A stretch of DNA of 64,000 nt from Octopus sinensis (taxonomy: Eukaryota): positions 93,992,001-94,056,000 of the forward strand of contig NC_043006.1 in NCBI RefSeq assembly GCF_006345805.1, in the 5' to 3' direction. Position 1 is the stretch's first letter. Every line of letters begins with the position of its first letter. Position numbers and translations under genes: made by a program. Shown here piece after piece: positions 27,522-41,815 of the stretch. Below the pieces are notes generated by a model. That model had not been told where the DNA came from. It searched no databases and was given only the letters and a program-made list of their open reading frames with translations.

Positions 27522-28290
27522 TAAGTGGCTGTGTGGTAAGTAGCTTGCTTACCAACCACATAGTTCTGGGTTCAATCTCACTGCGTGACACCTTGGCCAA
27601 GTGTCTTCTAGTATAGTCTTGGGCTGATCAAAGCCTTCTGAGTGAATTTAGTAGATGGAAACTGAAAGAAGTCCATCGTATATATATATATACATAAAAA
27701 GCACCATCCGAACGTGGCCGATGCCAGCGCCGCCTCGACTGGCTTCTGTGCCGGTGGCACATAAAAAGCACCATCCGAACGTGGCCGATGCCAGCGCTGC
27801 CTTGGCTGGCTTCCGTGCCGGTGGCACGTTAAAAGCACCAACCGATCGTGGCCGATGCCAGACCCCCCCCTGGCACCTGTGCAGGTGGCACATAAAAAGC
27901 GCCCACTACACTCGCGGAGTGGTTGGCGTTAGGAAGGGCATCCAGATGTAGAAACACTGCCAGATCAGACTGGAGCCTGGTGCAGCCCTGGCTTCCCAGA
28001 CCCCGGTCGAACCGTCCAACCCGTGCTAGCGCGGAAAACGGATGTTAAACAATGATGATGATGATATATATATATATGTATATGTATATGTTTGTGTGTT
28101 TGTGTTTGTTCCCCCAACATTGCTTGACAACCGATGCTGGTGTATTTACATCCCCATCACTTAGCAGTTTGGCAAGAGAGGCAGATAGAATAAGTACTAG
28201 GCTTAGTAAAAATAAGTCCTGGTGTCGATTTTCTCAACAAAAGGCGCTGCTCCAGCATGGCCGCAGTCAAATGACTGAAAGAAATAATAG
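27522..28290 (+). mobile_element. Composite: SINE A head + RTE-tailed module with ~67-bp tandem units + SINE A tail
   Basis: Head 27522-27680; units from 27692; (GAT)n tail at ~28052; family A tail 28085-28290. Confidence 0.7.
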
Positions 28291-28754
28291 AAAAAAAAAA
28301 GGAGGAAATGAGGATAAATATCACCTCTCATTATTAATACTGCCTTTGTGACAAATAGATTTTTTTAAACATGCTCACTGGCTAATCGCGACTCCAGTGC
28401 CTGTTCTGGCCCTGCCTTTCTTTATATTGCTGGTGGGAGATGTCTTTCTGCTATTTCTAGTAGTCTAATATCCATCATTGACAAGACCAGAGAAGGTCAA
28501 AATCATGTGATCTGGTAGTCTCAGTGCTGGAGATGGCAGGAATTTATCCCTCTGCTAGTAATATATAAAAAAATGTGCATTTTGTACCAAAAAGCCAATA
28601 TGAGAGTTTCTCTCGTAGTAACTAACATTATATAGTTTGTTCCAACAAAACATCCACACTTAGGTATATGATTTATATATATGTGCCTATATATATATAT
28701 ATGTATATATACAAATATATAAATGAAAGGAAAGACCACCAAGTGGATTCCTTG

Positions 28755-29150
28755 TATACTCTTTACTCTTTACTTGTTTCAGTCATTTGACTGTGGCCAT
28801 GCTGGAGCACCGCCTTTAGTTCAGCAAATCAATCCCAGACTTATTCTTTGTAAGCCTAGTACTTAATCTATAGGTCTCTTTTTGCTGAACCGCTAAGTTA
28901 CGGGAACGTAAACACACCAGCATCGGTTGTCAAGCGATGTTGGGGGGACAAACACAGACACACGCATATATATACATATACATATATACGACAGGCTTCT
29001 TTCAGTTTCCGTCTACCAAATCCACTCACAAGGCTTTGGTCGGTCCGAGGCTATAGTAGAAGACACTTGCCCAAAGTGCCACGCAGTGGGACTGAACCCG
29101 GAACCATGTGGCTGGTAAACAAGCTACTTACCACACAGCCACTCCTGCGC
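28755..29150 (-). mobile_element. Full-length SINE family A
   Basis: Reverse complement of the head and tail modules. Confidence 0.85.
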
Positions 29151-29414
29151 CTATTACGTTTATAATTATAGAATGTTTATATATCTGTGTGTGTGCATGT
29201 ATTTGTATATGACTCGGTATCTATATTTGTAAATACTCTATTGGTACTATGTACAATTTTAGTAAGACGAACACGTGAGACAGAGAAATTACACATAAAC
29301 ACATACACACATCACTACACATTTTCACACACACACACATACACGTACGCATTTATATTTTGTACACATAGCTCCTATCAATCAAGACATCATCCACTCA
29401 TATACATGTTAATA

Positions 29415-29803
29415 TCTTTATATATAAAAGTAAGGTTGTGTGCTGTCTGTCTCCTACGATTTAGATTCCTAACTACTCCCACATTTTGCGGTGCAGTTTA
29501 ACTAAAACCGGGTATCTTATAGTCGTGATTCATATCGAGCCTTTCTGGGTATTAGCGCACGTCTACAATGAGTCTACGATTTAAAAAAAATTTACTATTA
29601 ATTTTTCCCATTTTTAATGCAGTTTTGGCATATATAAGGGAAGTAACTCTCTAAAAATTTATTATTAAATCTCAGAACGTAAAAAGCTACAGTAACACTT
29701 TGTGGTTAGCCATATTGAGATGGCTATTATACTTTACATCTCTAAAAATGCTTATATAGTTATTTCCCTTACAAACCCGAGCAATGCCGGGCGATACTGC
29801 TAG
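29415..29803 (+). mobile_element. Non-autonomous Helitron (family 2)
   Basis: A|TC start, hairpin CCCG-AGCAATGC-CGGG at 29776-29791, CTAG|T end; second copy at 61883-62182. Confidence 0.85.
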
Positions 29804-30539
29804 TTTGAATATAATTTGCAGTTCTTGGACATTTTTTTTACATATGCTGGCCATCGGATTAAATTAAGATTAATTAATAATGCTAATTTCTATCCTTAGT
29901 CTTTAATTTATGTGTCTGTGCATGTTATTGTGTCTGGGGAGAGTCATTCTGTCTTAATGCCTAATTAATTAACACACTCACTGGTTCATTTTCCACTCAT
30001 TTACTTTTTCTACGATTTTTGTTGCTTTTTGAAACCTCTTCAATACTTGCTGACTCTGTTAACGGAGCTGTGTTCTTTTTGTTTGTTTGTTTGTATGCAT
30101 GTGTGTGCATGCATATATATATGTGTGTGTGTGTTTGATTGTGTGTACGTTTGTATGTGTATATTCTGTATATTCCTCTGCTTGTATGTTCATATTAGTA
30201 TGTTTGTGCATGTGTATTTGTGTGTGTACCTCTGTCTCCTTGTGTGTGCATGTTTGAGTGTGTCTATGTGTATGTGTTTGTGTGATTATGTATGTGCATC
30301 TGTTATTTATGGATGTGTCTCCATATGTGTTCTTGTGTGAGTGTGTGTGTGTATATGGTCATGTGTTTCAGTCTCCTTTTGTGCATGTATATGTGTGCGC
30401 GTGTCTGTTCGTATTACCAATGCACCTATCTACTTACATATCCTTTTACCTACTTATATATATATATATATATATGTCTACATAACAGCCTACTAACAAA
30501 TCTACCTGTGTATATATAAACTGTGTATATTGGGGTATC

Positions 30540-32153
30540 ACTACCTTCTATGTATATCTCCTATTCAGTACTGGTGATGTCTCATTAATGAGGACGTACT
30601 CTTGTATTTGTCTGAGTGTTGGGTCCTTCAGATGCTTGAATAAAATACGGATGTCAAGTCGACCCAATGTGCTTCCATGTTGGTCTTTGGCGTGTTGGTA
30701 GAGTATAGAGAACAGATTTTTGTCTTCATAGTGTCTCAAATGTTCATTTAGTCTCTCTGCAATGTTTCTAGATGTCTCCCCAATGTATATCATGTTCTTG
30801 TCTTTACAAGCAACCTCTATGCACCTTATGCTGTAGACTACATTTCTAGCTCTACAGTAAATGCCAGAGGTAACTTTACATACCATGCAGTTATCATTGG
30901 TGCATAGGGTATTCTCAAAGGGTTACGTCCTACATAGTTATGATCTGATGGATCTCCCTGGCTTTCCAACGATCTTAATGTTGAGTTTGGCCTCCTTAAA
31001 TCTACGGGCTGGTTCTCCATGGGCTCTGGCCTCTACAAACATCACTTTTGATATTTGTTGGTCTTGTACCATGTGTTCATCCTATTTGCTCTCTGTATCC
31101 TATTCCAGTCTTTACTTCTGTATCAAGGACAGGTACCACTGGCTTCATTACATATTATGCTATCTAACTTCTTTCTAACACCCCTGTATACCCGAACCCT
31201 ATCTTTCTGATCATATCCAGAGGATTGCATGTGGTACATGAAGTTCTCTACGTTTCTTTGTTTCATAGGGTTTGCATAGTGGGGACATGTTGTTCATTAT
31301 CCTAACTAGGTCTATTATCAGTATGTTGATTTTCATGTTGTGTGACAAGGCTGAGTTCTTGTGGACAACATATTTAGAAGCTATGGGTTTCATGTAATAG
31401 GAGTAGAGGAGCTGCACTCTGTTGTTCACAGTCTCTAACCAAAGTTCTGTATAAAGGACAGGGAGTCTATTGTTAGGGTGTTTAGTGGGGTAATCTATAG
31501 TTACCCTGATACTTTGGTGGAAGGAGTTAGCTATGTGCTGGGTGCGCTCCATCATACTCCTCTCCATTTCTACACTACTGTTACCAGAGTTTGTCCTAAC
31601 TAGAATATTAATGTCATCTACAACCCTACAGTAAAGCAAAACAGTTGTGGATTGTTCAGCTAAGGGTTGTTTAAGTTTTCTGTCTCCCTGGGTCATGAAG
31701 AGACCAGCCACACTGACACCAATGGCTGCAACATGAACCTGCATGTATAGTTTCCTGTTAAATTTTACTGTGGTTCTTCAAGGTAGTTCCTCTGCTTGCT
31801 CCTATTGCATGTGCAATTATTCTTTTCACCTGAATGTTGTCCTCAAGGTCCTGGTTGGTTATGGTCCAGTCACTCCAATGCTCTGCAGTGCTTTTCTTCA
31901 CTGCCAAGGAGATGGTGGGTATCTTCCCCTTTGTGACCTGGTGGGGGAGAATCTACTAAGGTCATGACTGTCTAGGTAGTTACAGTCATAACTCAATTTA
32001 AGGAGGAGGCTCTGTTCCCTTGTGATGACTTTGCAGAACTCTACCTCACTCTCACAGATAATGTCAATGCATTTTTCCACAGCAAAATCGATGTCTATAG
32101 ATGGTTAGAGTGAAATTACATCCATACCACCCACTATACAACCTGTGAGGTCG
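30540..32153 (-). mobile_element. Decayed Penelope-like element (RT + GIY-YIG) with Cys-rich linker, Neptune-like
   Basis: GMDVISL*PSID (motif A), AIGVSVAG, YCRVVDD (motif C), linker CTNDNCMVC, endonuclease NVVYSIRC...YIGETSRNIAERLNEH...RQIQE...LN; many stops and frameshifts. Confidence 0.85.
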
Positions 32154-32938
32154 TTGGATGAAGTTCAATCAAAATTCAATTATTTTGGTTTTAAAATCAA
32201 GCATTTAATGCCCTCTATTTTTGCGCTTATGTGTTCCATTTCCTCAATAGGAAGTACATAGAAGCGTTTCATAAATGTTTGTTGATCAAATAATTGCATT
32301 GTTGAATTATTCTTTTAGATAAGTATTTCTCAATGGGGATTTCAGGGGAGAGTTTCAGGGAGTCACTGGTGATGTATCGTGATGATCAAAAATCCGGTCT
32401 GCTAAAATTTGGTTAAAGTGATTCAAACTGCAGACTCAACGCAAAATGGTCACATTTAATTCAAAGCGTTAAAAATGTTATGAAAACAATTGGTATGTGT
32501 TCACAAAGTCCAAACGATTAATATGAAAAAACCCTCCAGGCTACATCCCGAAAATTCATTTCTTTGCCGAATTTCTACAATGTTTATGGCGATTCGTTTT
32601 TATATCTTGATTTTTTAATTTTTCATGCAATTTACGCATGCTTGCACGCGTGATGAACACAGTTCACGTCAAACAGCTGACTGAGTAAAGTTCACTATTC
32701 AATGCATGGGATAAGGCCTAAACAAACACATTATCGATTTTTGCACTTGCGAAATGAATTTCGGAACAGAAATAGTGCAGTTCACTTTTCATTCGCCTAA
32801 ACTTTAAGTGACCCATTTTTGGTTCTATGATTTGTTGGCTAGGAGGAGATGTGCCGGGAAGTTAAACACACAGACATACACACAGATAAACACACAGATA
32901 CACACACAGACACACAAGTTGAGTTTTATATATATAGA
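32154..32938 (-). mobile_element. Helitron family 3, copy 2, lacking the CTAG end
   Basis: Colinear with 20727-21503 from TTGGATGAAGTTCAATC onward. Confidence 0.75.
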
Positions 32939-32973
32939 AGATATATATATATATATATATACACATATATATA

Positions 32974-33155
32974 GGGAGAGTTTACGAAAAAAACAACAAA
33001 GACGATGGCAGGTGTTGTACAAACACAGATGTATTAGTATAATGCTCAGGAATAGAAAAAGTCTTTTACGTTTCGAGCCTACGCTCTTCTACACAGAAGG
33101 GACAAAGAAAACAAGGAGAGAAAAAAATGTGTGTAGTGGCTAACGATCTATCATG
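32974..33155 (-). mobile_element. Hammerhead-bearing mini-element, copy 2 (core disrupted)
   Basis: Same element as 12768; motif at 33063-33100 has a 2-nt insertion in the core (CUGUGUAGA). Confidence 0.7.
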
Positions 33156-33490
33156 TATATATATATACATATATACACACACACACATATATATATACAT
33201 ATACATATACACATGTAAATATATTATATATATGAATGCATCTATGTATTTATGTACCTGTATATATACACATATGTGTGCATCTTTGTGTATTATGTGT
33301 GTGTGTGTGAGTATATATATAGGTATGTATGTATGCATTTGTATGTGTATGTATATATGTATGTATGTAAGTAGTTTGGTGTATATATATTTATATGTAC
33401 ATATATTTATATATATGCATGCATCTATGTATCTATATACCTATATATATATGTATACCTGTGCATCTCTGTGTATTATGTGTCCGTGTG

Positions 33491-33533
<43 letters not shown>

Positions 33534-35017
33534 TATATATAGGTATGCATGTATGCATATGTGTATATGTATGTATGTATATACAAGCATCCAGTAGATA
33601 AGAGGATTAGCTGGTTTTAAATATTCCATGTGATATCACTTTATCAGTTCTTCACTAAATAACCCATATCAGTTACACTATTACAGTTAAAGTATTAAAA
33701 TCCTTACAGTTTACACTCTGATAGTTATTCCATAAACCATATCATTTCTCATCAACTCTCCCCCACTCCATCCCACCCACAGCAATATATCCTATATCAT
33801 TTATGCTATCATAATTTAATTGTAGTAATCTTCATGATTTATCTTGTACTAATTGTGTTATAAACCATTTATCTTGCACTCATTATCAACCTCTCCGATA
33901 CATTAAACGTAAAGTCTGGTTTTTTGCTCACTAAGTTCCTTGGCTTTTGGTGTACCCTGGTCAGTTGGTGACCCTTTGACTCTGTATGGATTTCTGTTGC
34001 ATAATATAAAAAACACCATTTGAACGTGGGCAATGCCAGTACTGGCTGACTGGCTCCCATACCAGTGGCATGTAAAATGCGCCATTCAAGTGTGGTCATT
34101 GCCAGTACCACCTGACTGGCTTCCATACCAGCGGCACGTAAAAAGCACCATTCGAGTGTGGTTGATGCCAGTACTGCCTGACTGGCCTTTGTGCCGGTGG
34201 CATGTAAAAATCACCCACTACACTCTCAGAGTGGTTGGCATTAGGAGGGTCATCCAACTGTAGAAACATTGCCAGATCAGATTGGAGACAGGTGCAGCCT
34301 CTTGGCTTGCCAGCCCTCAGTTAAACCGTCCAACCCATGCCAGTATGGAAAGCAGATGCTAAACGATGATGATGATGATGATGAATATAACATCTACCAA
34401 CAGTGGTGAGCTGGGCAGAATTGTTAGCATGGCAGGCAACATGCGGAATTTCATCCATCCTTATGTTCGGAGTTCAAATTCTGCCAAGGTCATCTTTGCC
34501 TTCCATCTTTTCTGGGTCGATAAAAAAACTACCATTTGAGGACCAGGGAGTCAATGTAATTGACTTGCGTCTGTCCCCGAAATTGCTGGCCTTGTGCCAA
34601 AATTTGAAACCAATATATCTTCTACCTACACAGGTATAGATGATGTGTTGGAGTAGATGTAGTCTATGGAACTGAATGTAATAAATATTTCCTGCAGACC
34701 AATGATGGGTTGAAATTCAATGCTGAAACTCACAGGCAGGATTTGAACTCAGTCATTAATCTATGAAAATAAATTACAACTCAGTACATTGCCATCTGTG
34801 CCACCCTTACTGACCCAATAATAATGCCACAAAATTTTACTAAGATGATAATCCTTTCAACATGATATGTCCCGCATTATGATGATGTATCTCGTCATCT
34901 GTGCAGGACTGGCCTGAACAGCATATTCACTGACACTAGTGACTGTGTCAGTCCACTATTTATTAGTGGTGGACCAACCCTCTTCTCACCTGGGAGCATC
35001 AAACACAACACAACTAT

Positions 35018-35480
35018 AGGTGCAGGAGGGGCTGTATGGTAAGAAGCTTGCTTCTCAACCAGATGGTTCTGGGTTCAGCCCCACTGCATGACACCTTGGG
35101 CAAGTGTCTTCTACTATAGCCTCGGGCCGACCAAAACCTTGTGAATGGATTTGGTAGATGGAAACTGAAAGAAGCCTGTCATATATATATATATATATAT
35201 ATATGCATGTGTGTGTGTGTGTGCATATATATATGTATATATATATATATATATGTATATGTGTGTATGTATGCCTTTGTGTGTCTGTGTTTGTCCCCGC
35301 CCACCATCGCTTGTCAACCAATGTTAGTATGTTTACATCCCCATAAATTAGCGGTTCAGCAAAATAGATCATTAGAATAAATACTAGGCTTACAAAGAAT
35401 AAATCCTGAGGTCGATTTGTTCGACTGAAGGCGGCACTCCAGCATGGCCGCAGTCAAATGACTGAAACAAGTAAAAGAGT
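35018..35480 (+). mobile_element. Full-length SINE family A
   Basis: Head, internal TA/TG tract and tail. Confidence 0.8.
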
Positions 35481-35687
35481 GATAAAGTACAAGGCCTTAA
35501 ATTTTGTGGAAAGGGGTCAGCCAATTATATCAGCCCCAGTGTTTCTTTGGGGTTTATTGTATCAACCCTGAAAGGATGAAAGGCAAAGTCAATCTCAGCA
35601 GAATTTGAACTCAGAACATTAAAAAATGGATGAAATGCTGCTAAGCACTTTAGCAATTCTGCCAGCTCACTGCCTTATATTAAGATG

Positions 35688-35720
<33 letters not shown>

Positions 35721-36975
35721 GTTTCAAATTCTGGAAGAATGCCAGTAATTCTGCAGAGTGAGTGTTAGTTGCCTGATTGCATAATTTATGATTTATTTTG
35801 GCATGTTTTCGAAATAACTAAAGATTAAAGTTAAACAAAGTTTTGTATTATATCTTTGAGATGATTAATAAAATTCATTGTTTAGTTATCATTAGCTGTG
35901 TTCTAGCAATATCTTGCAAGAATCATATTCCATTAATTCTTCCCCAGCACAGCATAGCAAGTGAACTTGCTCGTATTTATTCTTAAAACTTTTACCATTT
36001 ATTCTTTTAGCTGTCATGTAAATAATAGCATGGCAGTGCTCTGATATCATTTATCATATATTTTAGAGTGTGATAATCTACTGTACAAAGATTTTGTAGT
36101 TTGATTTGCAGCCACAGGGTTCGGGTTCTGTCCCATTGTGTGGCACCTTGGACAAGTGTCTTCTGCTATAGCCTTTTGGGCCGAACCAAAGCATTGTGCA
36201 TAGATTTGGTAGATGGAAACTAAAAGAAGCCTATCGTGTGTGTGTGTGTGTGTGTATTTTCTTTTATTCTTTTATTCTTTTACTCGTTCAGTCATTTTGA
36301 CTGAAGCCATGATGGAGCACTGCCTTTAATCGAAAAAGTCAACCCCAGGATTTATTCTTTTTAAGCATAGTGCTTATTCTATCATTCTCTTTTGCCCAAC
36401 TGCTTATTCTATCATTCTCTTTTGCCCAGTTGTCAAGCGAAGGTGGGGGCACAAACACAGACACACAAACATACACACACAGACACACACACACACACAC
36501 ACATACAATGGGCTTGTTTCAGTTTCTGTCTACTAAATCCACTCACAAGGCTCTGGTCAGCCTGAGGCTATGGTAGAAGACACTTGTCCAAGGTGCCACG
36601 CAATGGGAGTGAGCCCGGAACCATGTGGTTGGTAAGCAAGCTTCTTACCACACAGCCATGCAGTTCACACACACACACACATATACACACATGCCCATAC
36701 ATACATATATACATACGCACATGCATATATGTGTATATGTGTAAGTCTTCTTGTCCTAACATTGTGTGACAGGAAGGAATGAGTGTCAGTGTCAAGCAGT
36801 GTTATACATTTCCATGTCTGGCCATGGAAGGAGATTACCTTGCTTGGAAACAGGTGAAGGTTGGTGACAGGAAGGGCATCCCACCATAGAAAATCTTCCT
36901 CAATAAACTTCATCTGGCCCATGATGAGGATGATGGTGATGGGGATAACAATGACAGTGAGGATAACACTGCAGC

Positions 36976-37087
<112 letters not shown>

Positions 37088-37919
37088 TTTGTGGTCAAGG
37101 CTGCTAATTAGTAAAATCATTAAAGAGTTAGAAAAATTGTCTTGCTGTATTTATTCCCGAACTTTTACATTCTGGGTTCAAATCCCACCTAAATCAGATT
37201 TGCCTTTAATCTTTTTCTGGGTCAATAAATTAAAGTACCAATTAAGTACTGGAGGTTTAAGGGCTTTGACACCCATTACTCTCACGGCAAATTTGTAAGC
37301 CCTGTGCATAAATTAGGAAAACTTTTTCCAATGTATATTCTATTATCTGTTTACTAGTTTAAGTCATTAATACACGATCATGCTGGAGCATTGTTTTAAA
37401 TGCTTTTAATCAATCTTACTGATCCCACTACATATTTTAATCTGGTACTTATTTTACCAATCTCTATTTATTAAATGGTTAAGTTACCTCATGATGTAAA
37501 GGTTGACCTCTTGACTTATCAATTTACATCATTAAATGCAGACTCACACACACATATGCATACTCACACATACACACATGTGACATGTTCCTACAGAATT
37601 TTTGTCGACCAAATTCTTGTCAAGGTATTGGTGAACCTAAGGCTACAGTAAAAGACTCTTGTCCCTGGTGCTGCTCTATAGAATCTAGCCCATAACCAGG
37701 AATTCTTAACCACACAGAGGTGCCATGCCCCCAATATAATTTATCAATTAAAATTTTTTTTTTATCTTGGGTCTTTAATTTGTTACTGTCATTAAACTGC
37801 AGCCATGCTGAACTGCTTAGTTATAGGGACATAAACACACCAACATCGGTTGTCAAGCACAAACACTAAGTCGCACACACATAGATATAGACATATACAT
37901 ACATACATACATACATACA

Positions 37920-37953
<34 letters not shown>

Positions 37954-38151
37954 CATACATACCTACATACATACATCATCATCATCATCATCATCATTAT
38001 TTAATGTCCATTTTCCATGCTGGCATGGGTTGGTTGGACAGTTTGACTGAGGTCTCGAGAGCCAGCAGCTGCACCAGGCTCCAATCTGATCTGACAATGA
38101 TTCTACAGCTGGATACCTCTCCTAATGCCAACCACTCTGAGAGTGTAGTGG

Positions 38152-38182
<31 letters not shown>

Positions 38183-38235
38183 CATACCGTCCAACCCATG
38201 CTAGCATGGAAAGCGGACGTTAAACGATGATGATG

Positions 38236-38274
<39 letters not shown>

Positions 38275-38305
38275 CGTATGTATGTATGTATATGTATGTG
38301 TATAT

Positions 38306-38388
<83 letters not shown>

Positions 38389-38455
38389 TATATCATCATC
38401 ATCATCATCATCGTTTAACGTCCGTTTTCCGCGCTAGCACGGGTTGGACGGTATG

Positions 38456-38486
<31 letters not shown>

Positions 38487-39169
38487 ATATATATATATAT
38501 ACATATATATACTAGCATTAAAGATCCGTTGTTGCTGGGTCATGGTGCTAGTGCATGTATATATGTGTATATATATGTGTACATATTACATGTACATCTA
38601 TATATATACATCTACACATAGAATACAAAATACAAAGTTATATCTTGATATCGCTAGTGATAACAATACTCAAAATATATAACAGACTGGAATTGTTAGC
38701 CCGTCTCTTGTAATTTCGATCAATTGTATCTTGGGCAAGTGTCTTTTACTGTAGCCTTGGGCCAATGACAGCCTTGTAAGTGGATTTGATAGACGGAAAC
38801 TGAAAGAAGCCCATTGTGTGTATATATATATATATATCATCATCATCATCACCATCATCATAATCGTTTAACGTCTATTTTCCATGCTAACACGTGTTGG
38901 ACGGTTCGACCGGGGTCTGGGAAGCCAGGAGGCTGCACCAGGCTCCAGTCTGATCTGGCAGTGTTTCTAAAGCTGGATGCCCTTCCTAATGCCAACTACT
39001 CCGTGAGTGTAGTGGGTACTTTTTATGTGCCACTGGCACAGGTATCACAACTACAATTTCCATTTGATATCTATTTTGAAGTTGATGTACTTGACTCAAT
39101 AGGTCTCCTCAAGCACAGTAGATCATTCAACGATCCAAGGTAAGCACAGCAGGTTGTTCTGCAATCCAA

Positions 39170-39425
39170 GGTACTTTGGATGGGCTGGGGCTATGTGAAA
39201 ACTGGTGCAGGAAGCAGCCATGAACTTACAGTATTTTTCGGGTCTTTGCAGTCACAGCATATCTCAAGAGATCTCGGTCTTTCATCATTGCTTCTGTGAA
39301 GCCCAATGTTCGAAGGTCATGCTTGACCACCTCATCCCATGTTTTCCTGGGTCTACCTCTCCCCCGGATACCTTCAACTGTTTGGGAGTGGCACTTCTTC
39401 ACACATCTCTCCACATCATCTGCAG
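39170..39425 (-). mobile_element. RTE-clade LINE 3' fragment
   Basis: VEGIRGRGRPRKTWDEVVKHDLRTLG, the characteristic RTE ORF C-terminus. Confidence 0.8.
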
Positions 39426-41419
39426 TTCTATATATGTATATATATATGTATTTGTGTATATATATTTGTGTGTGTTTGACCCCCTCAACATCACTTGAGA
39501 ACCGATGCTGGTGTGTTTACATCCCTGTAACTTAGCAGTTTGGCAAAAGACACTGATAGAATAAGTACCAGGCTTACAAAGAATAAGTCCTGGGGTCGAT
39601 TTGCTAGACTAAAGGTGGTGCTCCAGCATGGCCACAGTCACATGACTGAAGCAAGTAAAAGAATAAAAGAATGTACATATACATGACTGGCTTCATTCAG
39701 TTTCCATCTACCAAATCCTCTCAAAATGGTTTGGTAGGCCCAAGGTGTTAGGAGAAAAGACTTGCTCAAGGTGCCATACAGTGGGAGTGAACCTGGGACC
39801 ATGTGGTTGGGAATGAAGTTTTGATAGTGATTAGGCCAGAACCACTGCAAAGTGTGGTACAAAGAAGATTTGACTGCTACTTCTAGCAAGCCAAACTAGC
39901 TGCTATCAGGCATCACACACACTGGTCATTTCTAAGCTAAAATTTCTGCAGGATTGCATTCATTTATTGTTCCTGTTGTTGTTGCTGTCTCATCCTTGGT
40001 TATCTCTGACTGAGAGGACATGTGGTCAAAGTGGTCCCAACTATGACCATCCTGTTTGTTTTGAATCCCTCAGAATACATTATCTGATGTGTACTTCTGC
40101 TTCTTTTGGCGACAGTAGAGTGTAATGTACGAGGAACTTGGATTCTATTTCTAGCCGGTTCAGCAACCACGTAGTCGATCCTTTGTTAGCTTGAGACGGT
40201 TCTTGTCAGTTATGATGACGGCATTGTCTGTGAGATGTGATGACAGGAGTGGTGGTAATGACATAAAGGATGAGTGTAATGGATGTCTGTTGATGGGTGT
40301 GGTGGTGGCGGTGGTGGTGGTGGAGTTTGTGATGGTGATGATGATGGTGTCGGTAGTGATGCTGATGACTAGCGATACCTGTAATGTAAGAGATGCTGGC
40401 AGGGACGACAGCTGGAGCAGTGGTGGTGACTGTAAGATAGTTTGCTAGAAAAATCTTAAGAATACACATGTTGGAGTTTAGTGGATGCCCTGCCTTAGAA
40501 TGGCAGTGGTGGTGGTGGAGGTGGGGATGATGGTGGTGGTGATGGTGGTGGTGGTGGAGGTGGTGATGATGATGGTGGTGGGTGGTGGAGGTGATGGTGA
40601 TGATGATGGTGGTGGTGGTGGTGATGGTGGTGGTAGTGGTAGTGCGGACTATTCCTGTTTCAGAAAATTGTTCTTTCATTCATAAGTAGAATGGAATTTC
40701 ATACAAGTAGTTTTCGTAACAGGTTTAATCATTGATGACGAGGCTGAGATACCATCTTCCTTGTTCTTGTGTTTTCCTAGACATAAATACATCACCACCA
40801 CCACCACCACCATCATCATCATTGCCATCGTCATCATCATCATCATCACCACCACCACCACCACCATCTTCATCATTGCCATCTTCATCATCATCGTCAT
40901 CATCATCATCATTATTATCATTATTATCATTATTATCTTCATCATTGCCATCGTCATCATCATCGTTTTACTTCCCATTCTCTTTTTTTGTTTGCATGGG
41001 TTGGACGGAATTTGCAGAGGCAGATTTTCTACAGCCGGATGCTCTTCCTGTCACCAGCCCTCCCTTATTTCTAAACGAGGTAACATTCCGCCATGGCCAG
41101 ACATGTCTCTTCATAGAGGACTGGAAACAACCTCATTTATATGACGATGATGATGCTCATTTGCAAATTGCATGCAATGCCAAGGCATGGACGCACACAC
41201 ACACACACACACACTGTGATACTGTGAATAATAATAATAATGAAATTATTGTATACAGTGCTCAGGTGTAATTAACTGTGTCTTTAATTAAACAACATGT
41301 AATTTACATACTGAGTAACCGAATGGTTTGGGCAGTGGTCAACCAGCTGAGAGGTGAATGGTTTGTGTTCCAACATTGGCCCCATGGTGAGTCTCCAGCC
41401 ATTTAATACATCATTTAAT

Positions 41420-41710
41420 ATAACAATTTAGCATTTAACACATAGCTGCCAGAGTCTACCTGGCTGTAAACAGGCCTTTCATTGTGTCTGCGGCCAAGAT
41501 ATTTAACACAAAAATGCTTCAGTCTAGTTAGCTGTAAGTAGGTACTGTGTTATGTCCTTGGTCAAAACACTTATCATACAAATGCCTCAGTCTACTTAGC
41601 TGTAAATAGGAATCTCATTGTGTCTGAGGCTAAATCACTTAACATACAAGTGCCGCAGGCTACTTAGCTGTAAACAAGTACTATATTATGTCCTTACCAA
41701 AGCACCTATC
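41420..41710 (+). repeat. 68-bp tandem array of a CORE-SINE-like domain behind a SINE head
   Basis: GCTGTAA at 41463, 41531, 41599 and 41667; unit resembles the CORE/MIR motif CAAG..ACTTAAC....TGCCTCAGT......CTGTAAA. Confidence 0.7.
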
Positions 41711-41815
41711 CATTTTGCTACTGCATTTCTTCATCTTGATTAATTTTGGAAATAGCAAAGGATTTAGTAAAATAACTTGGTCATTATTAAACTGATGTTT
41801 GGACCATAAATTAAT

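Noticed and set aside
27692-27890. CRISPR-like periodicity (also 41420-41710)
   Set aside because: Eukaryotic context, whole units repeat with no unique spacers, and no cas genes.
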